A DNA stretch of 64,000 nucleotides from Candidatus Saccharimonadales bacterium (GTDB lineage: Bacteria; Chloroflexota; Dormibacteria; Aeolococcales; Aeolococcaceae), in assembly GCA_035532495.1 (NCBI GenBank), contig DATKQX010000052.1, positions 9,143 to 73,142 of the forward strand. The letters run 5' to 3'. A model generated the notes under the pieces. The model made no database searches. It saw only the letters and a program-made list of their open reading frames with translations, and was not told the origin of the DNA. Shown piece after piece: positions 9,148 through 16,976 of this stretch. The translations under genes were made by a program, and so were the position numbers. Position 1 is the first letter of the stretch. Each line of letters starts with the position of its first letter.

Positions 9148-10592
9148 CGTGACCGCCGCGGAGTCGACCGCTTCCGGGAGCGCGATGCCCGGCGCGGCCT
9201 GCCGCCTGCAGCGGCGACGAGTTCGCGCATCCCCGACTCGATGCCGTCCCGGAGCACGTCGATGTCGGCGACGGTGTCGTAGTCACCTGTGATCCCGAAG
9301 AACAGCCTGCCGCAGTACGAGAAGATCGCGATGCTGACGCGCACGCTGCCCATGATCGGCACATACGGATACGAGTAGACCATCGGTCGTCCGGCGACGT
9401 AGAGCGTGTACTGCGGCCCGGGGACATTGGTCGTGACCGTCTGCAACGCGCGTTGCGGCGTTCGAGCGGCGAGACGCGCTCCGAGCGCCAGCAGCATCGG
9501 CGGCGCGAACCCGGCAAGACGCACGAGCGCGTCGCCGGCGACCGCCTGCTTCGAATCCTTGAGGGTCGACAGCTGCGCCGAGATCGATGCGAGACGCTCG
9601 GCCGGATCCTCGATGGACACGGGCAGGCCCGGGAACATCCCGGATACGCGATTGTTGAACGTCCCACGCTCATGCTCCGCGCGGACGGACACCGGCACCA
9701 GCGTGCGCACCACGCGGTTCGAGAGATCCTCGCCGCGATGCTCGAGCAGTGCCCGGAAACCTGCGGTGATGGACGCGAGCACGACATCGTTGACGGTGCC
9801 CCCAAGCGCGTCGCGCACGAGCTTGACGTCATCGAGAGTCGCCTCTGCCCAGCTCCAGCGCCGATGCGGACCGATCGGACCGTTGAGCGAGGTGGCGGAT
9901 CTCTTCCCCCAGTCCGCCAGAGAGCGGACCAGCGTGGCGGCCTCGCCGATCCGGGTCCGAGGACCGGCGGTGAGCTGCAGGACATCGGCGACGTTGCGCA
10001 GGCTGCCAAGCGGGTCCGCAACGGTCCGGAGTGCGGCCGCCGCTGCGAGACGCAACGCGCCGGGTTCGGAATCCGGGAACCACTCGTCGGGTGGCTCGAG
10101 ATCCGGCGCTTCCTGGCTCGCGTCGAACATCACGGTGAGCAGGTCGGTGGCGGCGACGCCGTCGACCATGCAGTGATGCACCTTCGAGATGATCGCCCAG
10201 CGACCGTCTTCGAGCCCCTCCACCATCCAGAACTCCCAGAGCGGCTTGCTCCGGTCAAGGACTTGCGCAAAGACACGGCCCGCCAGGTTGCGCAGTTCGT
10301 CGCGACCGCCGGGCGGCGGAACTGCCGTGTGGCGGATGTGGTACAGGATCTGGAAGTGCGAGTCGTCGACCCAGACCGGCCGTCCCAGACCGCCGGGCGC
10401 GAAGCGGACCTTCTGGCGGTACCGCGGCACCAGCGGCAATTTCGCGGCAATGAGCCGGACGAGGTCCCCGTATGCCGGGGCCGGCCCGTCGAGCACGGCA
10501 ACGGATCCGATGTGCATCGGGTTGTTCCCGTTCTCGACGTCGAGGAACATCGCGTCCTGCACGCTCATCACGTCCACGTCGTGTCCCTCCAT
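9108..10592 (-). CDS. wax ester synthase/diacylglycerol acyltransferase (WS/DGAT)
   Basis: Active-site motif HHCMVDGVAATDL (HHxxxDG) and N-terminal DAMFLDVE..NPMHIG. Start is ATG 10592 or 10568. The 3' end overlaps the convergent hydrolase gene by 40 nt. Confidence 0.85.
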   Translation of the reverse strand: MEGHDVDVMSVQDAMFLDVENGNNPMHIGSVAVLDGPAPAYGDLVRLIAAKLPLVPRYRQKVRFAPGGLGRPVWVDDSHFQILYHIRHTAVPPPGGRDELRNLAGRVFAQVLDRSKPLWEFWMVEGLEDGRWAIISKVHHCMVDGVAATDLLTVMFDASQEAPDLEPPDEWFPDSEPGALRLAAAAALRTVADPLGSLRNVADVLQLTAGPRTRIGEAATLVRSLADWGKRSATSLNGPIGPHRRWSWAEATLDDVKLVRDALGGTVNDVVLASITAGFRALLEHRGEDLSNRVVRTLVPVSVRAEHERGTFNNRVSGMFPGLPVSIEDPAERLASISAQLSTLKDSKQAVAGDALVRLAGFAPPMLLALGARLAARTPQRALQTVTTNVPGPQYTLYVAGRPMVYSYPYVPIMGSVRVSIAIFSYCGRLFFGITGDYDTVADIDVLRDGIESGMRELVAAAGGRPRRASRSRKRSTPRRSRQAASASPRSGKR

Positions 10593-10686
10593 ACGCCATG
10601 CGCCCGATAAGTTGATCGCGGCGAGGCCAGCGATAGGGTGCGATCATCACCCATCGGAGCAAGGAACGTCAGGTGCAAAAACTCAG

Positions 10687-11283
10687 GTGAGCGAACGTCA
10701 CGGGAGCGAACGTCACGCCCGATTCGGAGCGAGGCGCTGTTGGCAATCCGCCATCGCGCTTGTGGGACTTGCCCTTTCGGCGTGTGGTCAATCGAGCGTC
10801 GCCACAGCGCGGCCGGCCACCACCGCCTCTGAGCTCAAGTCGTACCTCGCGACGATCGAGCCGATCCGGCTGGGCGTCAACGCGCTCCTCAACAATGCCG
10901 ACCCCATCATCGAAGGGTTCAAGAGCAAGAAGCTCACCGATGCGGAGGCGTCCGCGCAAATGGGGGCACTCGAACAGTCCTTCGCCACGTTTACCGTGGA
11001 GGCCAACGCATTGCAGCTCGCGGATCCGGCGCTGGCGGCGATCAACGCGCCGTATGCGCACACGTTCATCCTCGAGGACTCGTATTTGAATGCGCTCGTG
11101 AACGGGCTCGCCGAGGACAACTTCGACAGCCTGCCAAACACGCAATCCGATCAACGCGCCGCGATCATCGAGTGGCGCGTGCAGCTCGAGGTGCTTGCGC
11201 AGAGGCTGCACGTGTCGCTGCCGGAGGATCTCCAGCAGGCCGGGCGCGGCGAGATCGCACCGTCGGTGTCCGGCGCCAGCTGA
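10687..11283 (+). CDS. hypothetical lipoprotein
   Basis: In-frame GTG 10687 within ORF 10189..11283. Signal peptide with lipobox LALSAC, followed by a helical soluble domain. Confidence 0.6.
   Translation: MSERHGSERHARFGARRCWQSAIALVGLALSACGQSSVATARPATTASELKSYLATIEPIRLGVNALLNNADPIIEGFKSKKLTDAEASAQMGALEQSFATFTVEANALQLADPALAAINAPYAHTFILEDSYLNALVNGLAEDNFDSLPNTQSDQRAAIIEWRVQLEVLAQRLHVSLPEDLQQAGRGEIAPSVSGAS
10689..10718 (+). repeat. 2 x 15-bp in-frame tandem duplication
   Basis: GAGCGAACGTCACGG followed by GAGCGAACGTCACGC, encoding SERHG-SERHA at the N-terminus of the lipoprotein ORF. Confidence 0.9.
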
Positions 11284-11285
11284 GC

Positions 11286-11654
11286 TCAGCGCACGACGCG
11301 CGATTTCCCACGCCTCGCGCTGCACGGCATGCACTGCGCCGCCCACGGCACGAGGGCCAATCGCTCGTCGGGAATGTCGTTGCCACAGACGACACAAAGT
11401 CCGTACGTGCCGGCGTCGACCCGCTCCAGTGCCTGGTCGATCTCCGCGACGGTCGCATAGATCGTGCGCGCCTGGTACGCGTCGGTCATTCGCTCCACGG
11501 CATAACTCGTGGCGTCACCGATACGCTTGCCGAACCCGAGATTTGCGATCTCTGCCGGGTCATGCATCCCGAGTTGCTCGACCTTCGCGACAATCTCCGC
11601 GCGCTTCTCGCCCAGCAAAGCACGAGTCTCCTCGGTCGTCGGCGGTCGACTCAC
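11286..11654 (-). CDS. TraR/DksA-family C4 zinc-finger protein
   Basis: C-terminal CVVCGNDIPDERLALVPWAAQCMPC (CxxC-N17-CxxC). The 4-nt overlap with the upstream ArsR gene indicates co-translation. Confidence 0.8.
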   Translation of the reverse strand: MSRPPTTEETRALLGEKRAEIVAKVEQLGMHDPAEIANLGFGKRIGDATSYAVERMTDAYQARTIYATVAEIDQALERVDAGTYGLCVVCGNDIPDERLALVPWAAQCMPCSARRGKSRVVR

Positions 11655-12061
11655 GACCCGGAGGACGCGACGCGGGTGATCCGCATTGCCTCGCCTTCGC
11701 GGACATATCGCGTCGCGCCGGCGGAACGATAGAAGTCCCGGGCACGCTGTAACTCGGTCTCCGCCTCGACGTGTCGATGCTGATCGAGTAACGCCGGTGT
11801 CCAGAGCGACGCGAGCCAGGCCTGGAGCGCGCCGATCCCCGCGGGATCGATCTCATAGAGCCGGCGGGTGCCCGACGGCCGGTCAAGCACAAGACCAGCC
11901 GCCTTCAGGACGCGGAGATGCTGGGAGACCGCGGGGCGGCTGATCGGGAGCCGGTTTGCGAGGACGCCGACGGGCATTGGACCCTCTGCGAGCGCTTCGA
12001 AGATGCCGCGCCGAGTTGGATCACCGAGCGCATCGAGCACCTGCGATCGGTTCGTCATCAC
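11651..12061 (-). CDS. ArsR/SmtB-family transcriptional regulator
   Basis: LGDPTRRGIFEALAEGPMPVGVLANRLPISRPAVSQHLRVLKAAGLV is a canonical ArsR wHTH. Start is GTG 12061 or ATG 12058. Confidence 0.85.
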   Translation of the reverse strand: MMTNRSQVLDALGDPTRRGIFEALAEGPMPVGVLANRLPISRPAVSQHLRVLKAAGLVLDRPSGTRRLYEIDPAGIGALQAWLASLWTPALLDQHRHVEAETELQRARDFYRSAGATRYVREGEAMRITRVASSGS

Positions 12062-12064
12062 TTA

Positions 12065-12084
12065 CCGTAAGCTACTACTTACGG
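12065..12084. promoter_or_regulatory. inverted repeat CCGTAAG-N6-CTTACGG abutting the ArsR start (candidate operator)
   Basis: Perfect 7-6-7 inverted repeat. On the minus strand a TAGCTT (TANNNT) hexamer lies 7 nt upstream of the GTG. Confidence 0.45.
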
Positions 12085-12191
12085 ATGCCGCTGTCAAGCG
12101 GTCGCCAACGCTGGATGGATATGGCGATCCTCCGCCGGAAAGCGACCATTCCGTTGTCAACGAAACGCGCGCGAGACAGCACACTCGTCGG

Positions 12192-14699
12192 GTGCTTCCA
12201 CCTGCCCCGGATCTGCGCCTCGACGTTCTCACGCAACTTGGGCACCGCCTCCCGCGGACCCGTGGTCCTGAGGAAGCAGCGACGGAAGTTGTGACGACTC
12301 TTGCGGCACTCGACGTCGCAGCGATCGTCAGCTCCGTCGAGTCGGACATCGCGGTGGTCACGGCAATGCATTCGCCGTCGAGCCTCAATGGGCGTCTCTC
12401 GGCCCAGATGACGGCCAGCGTCGTCGGGATGCGCATTCCGCTTGACGGCGTGGAGTCCCTTCGCCAGCCCGTGCGCCTGCGCAAGCTGTACTACGGGTCG
12501 GCGGATGCTGCCGCCACCCTGCGCCGGCTCACCACGGACTCCGCGCTGGCCAAGGCCCTCCCGAATGCCGCCGACGAGCGCTCGGTGCTTGCCGTGCCCG
12601 TCACCTGCCGCGACCGCGTCGTCGCAGTCCTCAGCGTTTGGGGTCCCGGCTGCAGTCCCGAACTCGGCCCGACCCTGGAGGTCGTGGCGGCAATGCTCGC
12701 CTCGGCCTGGTCGACGGAGGCACAGCCCGCGATCGGGCGTTTCGAGGCGCAGCCATCGGCGGCCCCGGACCCGGAGCTTCGCGGCATCATCGACTCGCTC
12801 CTCTGCGGGGGCAAGATCGTCGCGGCGCTGCAGCCGATCGTCCGGCTCGTCAATGACACCGTCATCGGCTACGAGGCGCTGGCCCGCTACCCACCACTCC
12901 CTCGTGTTCGCACGCCGGACGAGCTCTTCGCGTCGGCGGCATCCCTGAACATGCAGAGCGCGGTTGACCTCGCGTGCGTCAGCGCGGCACTGCGCGCGGC
13001 ATCGAACATCGGCGAGGCGGATCTCTTCGTCAACGTGCTCATCGGCACGCTCGTCGATCAGCGGGGTGTCGCGGCCCTCGACAAGGCGGTGCATGATGCG
13101 CGTGTCGACCCCGCATCGATTGTCCTCGAGTTCAGCGAACGCGAGCCGGTTCCGGACCTTGCGCTGCTGCAGCGGATCGCCGCCGAGCTGCGCGCCCGAG
13201 GGTTCCGCATCGCCGTCGACGACGCCGGCGCGGGGCACGCGAGCATGCGCGTCATCGCTGAGTTGCGACCTGAATTCATCAAGGTCGATCGCTCGCTCAT
13301 CCAGGCGGTTGACGCCGACCGTGCGCGACGCGCGCTCGTCGTCGCACTGCTGTCGTTCAGCGGCCATATCGGAGCCCGCGTCATCGCTGAGGGCATCGAG
13401 ACGGTTCGCGAGCGTGAGACGCTCCAGTCGCTCGGCGTGCAATTTGGACAGGGCTGGCTGCTCGGCCGACCGGTGCTGATGCACCAGCTCGAAGGCAACA
13501 ACGAGGAGGTCGTCGATCCGACGTGGTTTGCGCGCCGCCCGGTGTCGCCGACGCGCGTCGGCCTGAGCGATTCACCCGAGCCCGAGGGGTTGCACGCCGT
13601 CCCTAGTCGATCGAATCACGGCAAACGGGGGCTTGCGCGCGCACTGAGCGACGCCGCACTCGCTCTGCAGAGCGAGCACGATCCGATGCGCATCCTCGGC
13701 GTCATGGCCGACCAGATGAGTCGGGTCGTGCAGGTGACGGAGATGGCGATTTTCGTTGCCGACTACGAGACGTTCCGCCTCGTTCCCGTCCTCGCAACGG
13801 GCGTTGACGCTGACGAGATCCTCGCCGACAGCATGTCGCTCGACGCGGGCATCACCGGCTGGGCGTTCGCAAAGGGAACGCCCCAGAACATCCCCGACAC
13901 ATCGAAGCATCCACTCGCGCGTCAGATCCCCGGCACAGCATATGTCGAGGAGTCGTTGCTGCTCGTCCCGCTCGTGGCGACCGAGCACAAGCTCGGGATC
14001 ATCAACTGCTGGCGGCTTGGAGTGGGACAGTTCAGCGATCGCGAGCTCGAGGCGGCGTCACTGTTTGCGCACGTCGCCGCGTCCGCCTGGCGCAACGCGC
14101 AGCTCTACGGCGAGCTCGTCAACGCCGCCATGACCGATCCGCTCACGCGCCTCTACAACAGCCGCTGGCTACGCGACACAGGCGAGCGGGACCTTGCGCG
14201 CGCGGAGCGTGAGTCCAAGCCGCTTTCGCTGCTGCTCATCGACCTCGATCATTTCAAGGCGGTCAACGACAGCAGCGGTCACGCCATCGGCGACCTGCTC
14301 CTGCAGCGTGTCGCGACGCAGCTCCGGACCACCGTCCGCGGCGCGGACGCCGTCGTCCGCCTCGGCGGCGAGGAGTTCGTCATCCTGCTCCACGAATGCA
14401 GTGCCGACGCCGCCCTGCACGTCGCCCAGGCGGTCCGCGCCGCAGTGCGCGACGTCGCGGTGCCGGACGGATGCAGTCTCGACCAGCTCACAGCGTCCGT
14501 CGGCGTGGCGACATATCCCGATCACGGCCGAGATCTGGACCAGTTGCTCGGCGCCGCGGACCGCGCCATGTATGCCGCCAAACACGAAGGTCGTGACCGG
14601 TCGGTGCGAGCGTTGCCGCCGGCCGACAGCGCCAAGATCATCACGTTGCCACGCCGCCGCCCTCCGCGAAGGCCCACGAAGCTCGTCGCCGGGAACTGA
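12192..14699 (+). CDS. c-di-GMP turnover protein, GAF-EAL-GAF-GGDEF
   Basis: EAL motifs GYEALAR, EFSERE, DDAGAGHAS, IKVDRS, AEGIET, QGWLLGRP. GGDEF motif RLGGEEF with an RGAD I-site. The start is uncertain (GTG 12192 chosen). The upstream part of ORF 11868.. is antisense to ArsR. Confidence 0.8.
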   Translation: MLPPAPDLRLDVLTQLGHRLPRTRGPEEAATEVVTTLAALDVAAIVSSVESDIAVVTAMHSPSSLNGRLSAQMTASVVGMRIPLDGVESLRQPVRLRKLYYGSADAAATLRRLTTDSALAKALPNAADERSVLAVPVTCRDRVVAVLSVWGPGCSPELGPTLEVVAAMLASAWSTEAQPAIGRFEAQPSAAPDPELRGIIDSLLCGGKIVAALQPIVRLVNDTVIGYEALARYPPLPRVRTPDELFASAASLNMQSAVDLACVSAALRAASNIGEADLFVNVLIGTLVDQRGVAALDKAVHDARVDPASIVLEFSEREPVPDLALLQRIAAELRARGFRIAVDDAGAGHASMRVIAELRPEFIKVDRSLIQAVDADRARRALVVALLSFSGHIGARVIAEGIETVRERETLQSLGVQFGQGWLLGRPVLMHQLEGNNEEVVDPTWFARRPVSPTRVGLSDSPEPEGLHAVPSRSNHGKRGLARALSDAALALQSEHDPMRILGVMADQMSRVVQVTEMAIFVADYETFRLVPVLATGVDADEILADSMSLDAGITGWAFAKGTPQNIPDTSKHPLARQIPGTAYVEESLLLVPLVATEHKLGIINCWRLGVGQFSDRELEAASLFAHVAASAWRNAQLYGELVNAAMTDPLTRLYNSRWLRDTGERDLARAERESKPLSLLLIDLDHFKAVNDSSGHAIGDLLLQRVATQLRTTVRGADAVVRLGGEEFVILLHECSADAALHVAQAVRAAVRDVAVPDGCSLDQLTASVGVATYPDHGRDLDQLLGAADRAMYAAKHEGRDRSVRALPPADSAKIITLPRRRPPRRPTKLVAGN

Positions 14700-14702
14700 C
14701 CC

Positions 14703-15464
14703 TCAGGGGATGTCGCGGCGGATCGTGAAGATCCATCCGGACGCGGCGAAGAGCAGCCCCCACCCGAGCAACACGACGCCGCCGGCCCAGGGGACGAGCA
14801 ACGACGAACCGGAGCGCCCGGCGCCCGTGATCGCGCTGGCCGCGGCGCCGGGGAGGTAGGGGTAGATCTCCTTGACCAACGGGACGATCGAAACGAGCGG
14901 CTCGAGGACGAAGAGGTACGCAAGCGCTCCGATCACGGCGGTGATCTGATTGCGAATGAGCACCCCGAGACCGATCCCGACGACGGCGAAGATCGCGATG
15001 ACCACGATCGCGCTGAGCAGTGACTCGAGAACGCCGCCATCGATCCAGTGGATGGTGTCGCCCTTGGCGCCCAGCCACGGGATCATGATCGCGGCCGTCA
15101 ACAGCGCGCACACGATGCCGTAGATGATCCCGATGAGCGCGGCAACGAGCATCTTGGCCACGATCACGAGGCCGCGTCGCGGTTCGATGAGGAAGGTCGG
15201 ACGTGACGTGAAGTGGCGAAACTCGGTGGTGATCAGGATGATCCCAACCACGATCGAGAACAGGTAGGCGCTGCTCGCGGACGCCGCGATCGACTTCTGC
15301 ACGGATGCATCGCTCAGCGGGAGTTGCACACCTCCGCGGACCCCGTTGCTGGCGATCTGCGCCACCACGCCGAGCGCGGCCAATGCCATCGCCCCGAGGA
15401 GCATGCCCCACCCGAGCTTGATGCTCGTCACCTTGCGCCATTCGGCGCGCAGAAGCCGGGTCAC
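14703..15464 (-). CDS. ABC-2 type transporter permease
   Basis: Six-TM protein with the N-terminal LLRAEWRKVTS motif typical of ABC-2 permeases. Its start overlaps the ATPase stop by 4 nt. Confidence 0.8.
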   Translation of the reverse strand: MTRLLRAEWRKVTSIKLGWGMLLGAMALAALGVVAQIASNGVRGGVQLPLSDASVQKSIAASASSAYLFSIVVGIILITTEFRHFTSRPTFLIEPRRGLVIVAKMLVAALIGIIYGIVCALLTAAIMIPWLGAKGDTIHWIDGGVLESLLSAIVVIAIFAVVGIGLGVLIRNQITAVIGALAYLFVLEPLVSIVPLVKEIYPYLPGAAASAITGAGRSGSSLLVPWAGGVVLLGWGLLFAASGWIFTIRRDIP

Positions 15465-16393
15465 GGTTCGGGTCTCGGCAGGTCCGGGATGTCGGACGTG
15501 AGGCGGAGGAATGTCTCCTCGAGGGTCGAGCTGCCGGTGCGCAGCTCATGAATCTCGACATGCGCGTCCCAGGCCGCGTGGCCGACTGCTTCGAGCGTCA
15601 CGCCCGCGCCGCCGACGGCGACGGCACCATCCTCGCGCTGCTTCAGCGTCGCGTGGAGCGAGGCGAGGGCAGCACCGAGCGCGTCCGGTGTCGGCGTGCG
15701 GACGACAACGCCGGTACTGGCACCCTCGAGATCGTCAAGCCGTCCCGCGTAGATGAGGCGGCCCTTGGCGATGATCACCACGCGGTCGACGGTCTGCTCC
15801 ACCTCCGACAGGACATGGCTGGAGATGAGGACGGAGCGGCCGTCGACGTCCGCGAAATGGCGGAGCAGCCCACGAAGCCAGACGATTCCCTCGGGATCGA
15901 GGCCGTTGGCCGGCTCATCGAGGAGCAGCACCCGGGGATTGCCGATCAGCGCGGTGGCGAGGCCGAGACGCTGGCGCATCCCGAGCGAGAAATCGCGAAC
16001 CGCGTACTTGCCGGCCTGGGTGAGCCCGACCAGCTCGAGCACCTCATCGGCGCGTTTGTCAGGGATACCGGCTGCCGCGCAGAAGACCCGGAGGTGGTTG
16101 CGGGCGGAGCGACCCGGGTAGAAGCTCGTCGCCTCGAGCACGGCGCCGACCGTCCGGCCCGGCGCCGGAAGGTGAGCGTAGGCGACGCCATTGATCGTCC
16201 CCTTTCCGGCGGTGGGTGTCGCGAGCCCGAGGATCATCCGGAGCGTCGTCGTCTTGCCAGCGCCGTTGGGACCGAGGAAGCCGGTGACCGACCCTGGCTC
16301 CACGGTGAAGCTCAGATCTTCGACCGCCTTCACCTGACCGAATACCTTGGTGAGGCCGTCGGCCACGATGCGGCCCTCGGCGCCAGAGGTCAC
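15461..16393 (-). CDS. ABC transporter ATP-binding protein (DrrA-like)
   Basis: GTG 16393. Walker A GPNGAGKTT, signature FSLGMRQRLGLA, Walker B LLLDEPANGLD. Confidence 0.9.
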   Translation of the reverse strand: MTSGAEGRIVADGLTKVFGQVKAVEDLSFTVEPGSVTGFLGPNGAGKTTTLRMILGLATPTAGKGTINGVAYAHLPAPGRTVGAVLEATSFYPGRSARNHLRVFCAAAGIPDKRADEVLELVGLTQAGKYAVRDFSLGMRQRLGLATALIGNPRVLLLDEPANGLDPEGIVWLRGLLRHFADVDGRSVLISSHVLSEVEQTVDRVVIIAKGRLIYAGRLDDLEGASTGVVVRTPTPDALGAALASLHATLKQREDGAVAVGGAGVTLEAVGHAAWDAHVEIHELRTGSSTLEETFLRLTSDIPDLPRPEP

Positions 16394-16404
16394 AGCAGGC
16401 GGGC

Positions 16405-16752
16405 TCAGCGCGAAGCGACCTCCGCCCCGAGATGGACGTGGGCCCAGTCGCCGAGCGCGACGAGCGCCGGCCGCAACGCTTCACCTCTCGGCGTCAGCCT
16501 GTAGAGCGACGCGATCGGTGGTCCTTCGAGCACCTCCCGGGTGACCAGGCCGGCATCCTTGAGTTCGGACAGCCGCGCCGAAAGCATGCTCTCGGTGATC
16601 CCGGGGATTGCGCGGGCGATCTCGGCAAAACGTGCCGGACGTTCGAGGAGCACCCCGATGACGAGGCCTGTCCAGCGCTTGCCAAGCACCCCGAACACCG
16701 ACGCAAGCGCCGCGTCGCAGCGAATGGCCGCTGCCTCGCAGATCTCATCCAT
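16405..16752 (-). CDS. HxlR-family transcriptional regulator
   Basis: ATG 16752 (MDEICE). VLGKRWTGLVIGVLLERPARFAEIARAIPGITESMLSARLSELKDAGLV is a canonical HxlR wHTH. It lies 11 nt upstream of the ABC ATPase gene. Confidence 0.8.
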   Translation of the reverse strand: MDEICEAAAIRCDAALASVFGVLGKRWTGLVIGVLLERPARFAEIARAIPGITESMLSARLSELKDAGLVTREVLEGPPIASLYRLTPRGEALRPALVALGDWAHVHLGAEVASR

Positions 16753-16976
16753 AGCGTCATCGTACTGCCTGGTCGGCCCGCCGGATAGCGACTTGCGCAA
16801 CCGGAGCGACATGGGAAACACAAGCCCGGGGATTGAACGACGCGCCGTGCCGGCCGAAACAAAGCTGTACGGACAGACGGGTAAGTGCGTCAGCGAACAG
16901 ACCGCACGTTCGGACTGCACCACGCTTACCGCAGGGGGGCCTCCTGCTCGCTCCAACCTGAAGGGAATCCCCCGAC

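Noticed and set aside
12075-13484. Long antisense ORFs inside well-supported genes (also 19933..21300, 25988..27499, 37736..38635, 38639..39802, 51347..52603, 60272..61192, 14641..15561)
   Set aside because: Each is fully overlapped by an opposite-strand gene with clear family motifs. Their translations are Arg/Gly/Pro/Asp-rich with no domain signatures.
16925-16931. CTTACCG in the HxlR/GGDEF-EAL spacer, matching part of the ArsR palindrome at 12061..12067
   Set aside because: A single 7-mer match is expected by chance several times in 64 kb, and the full inverted repeat is not reproduced.
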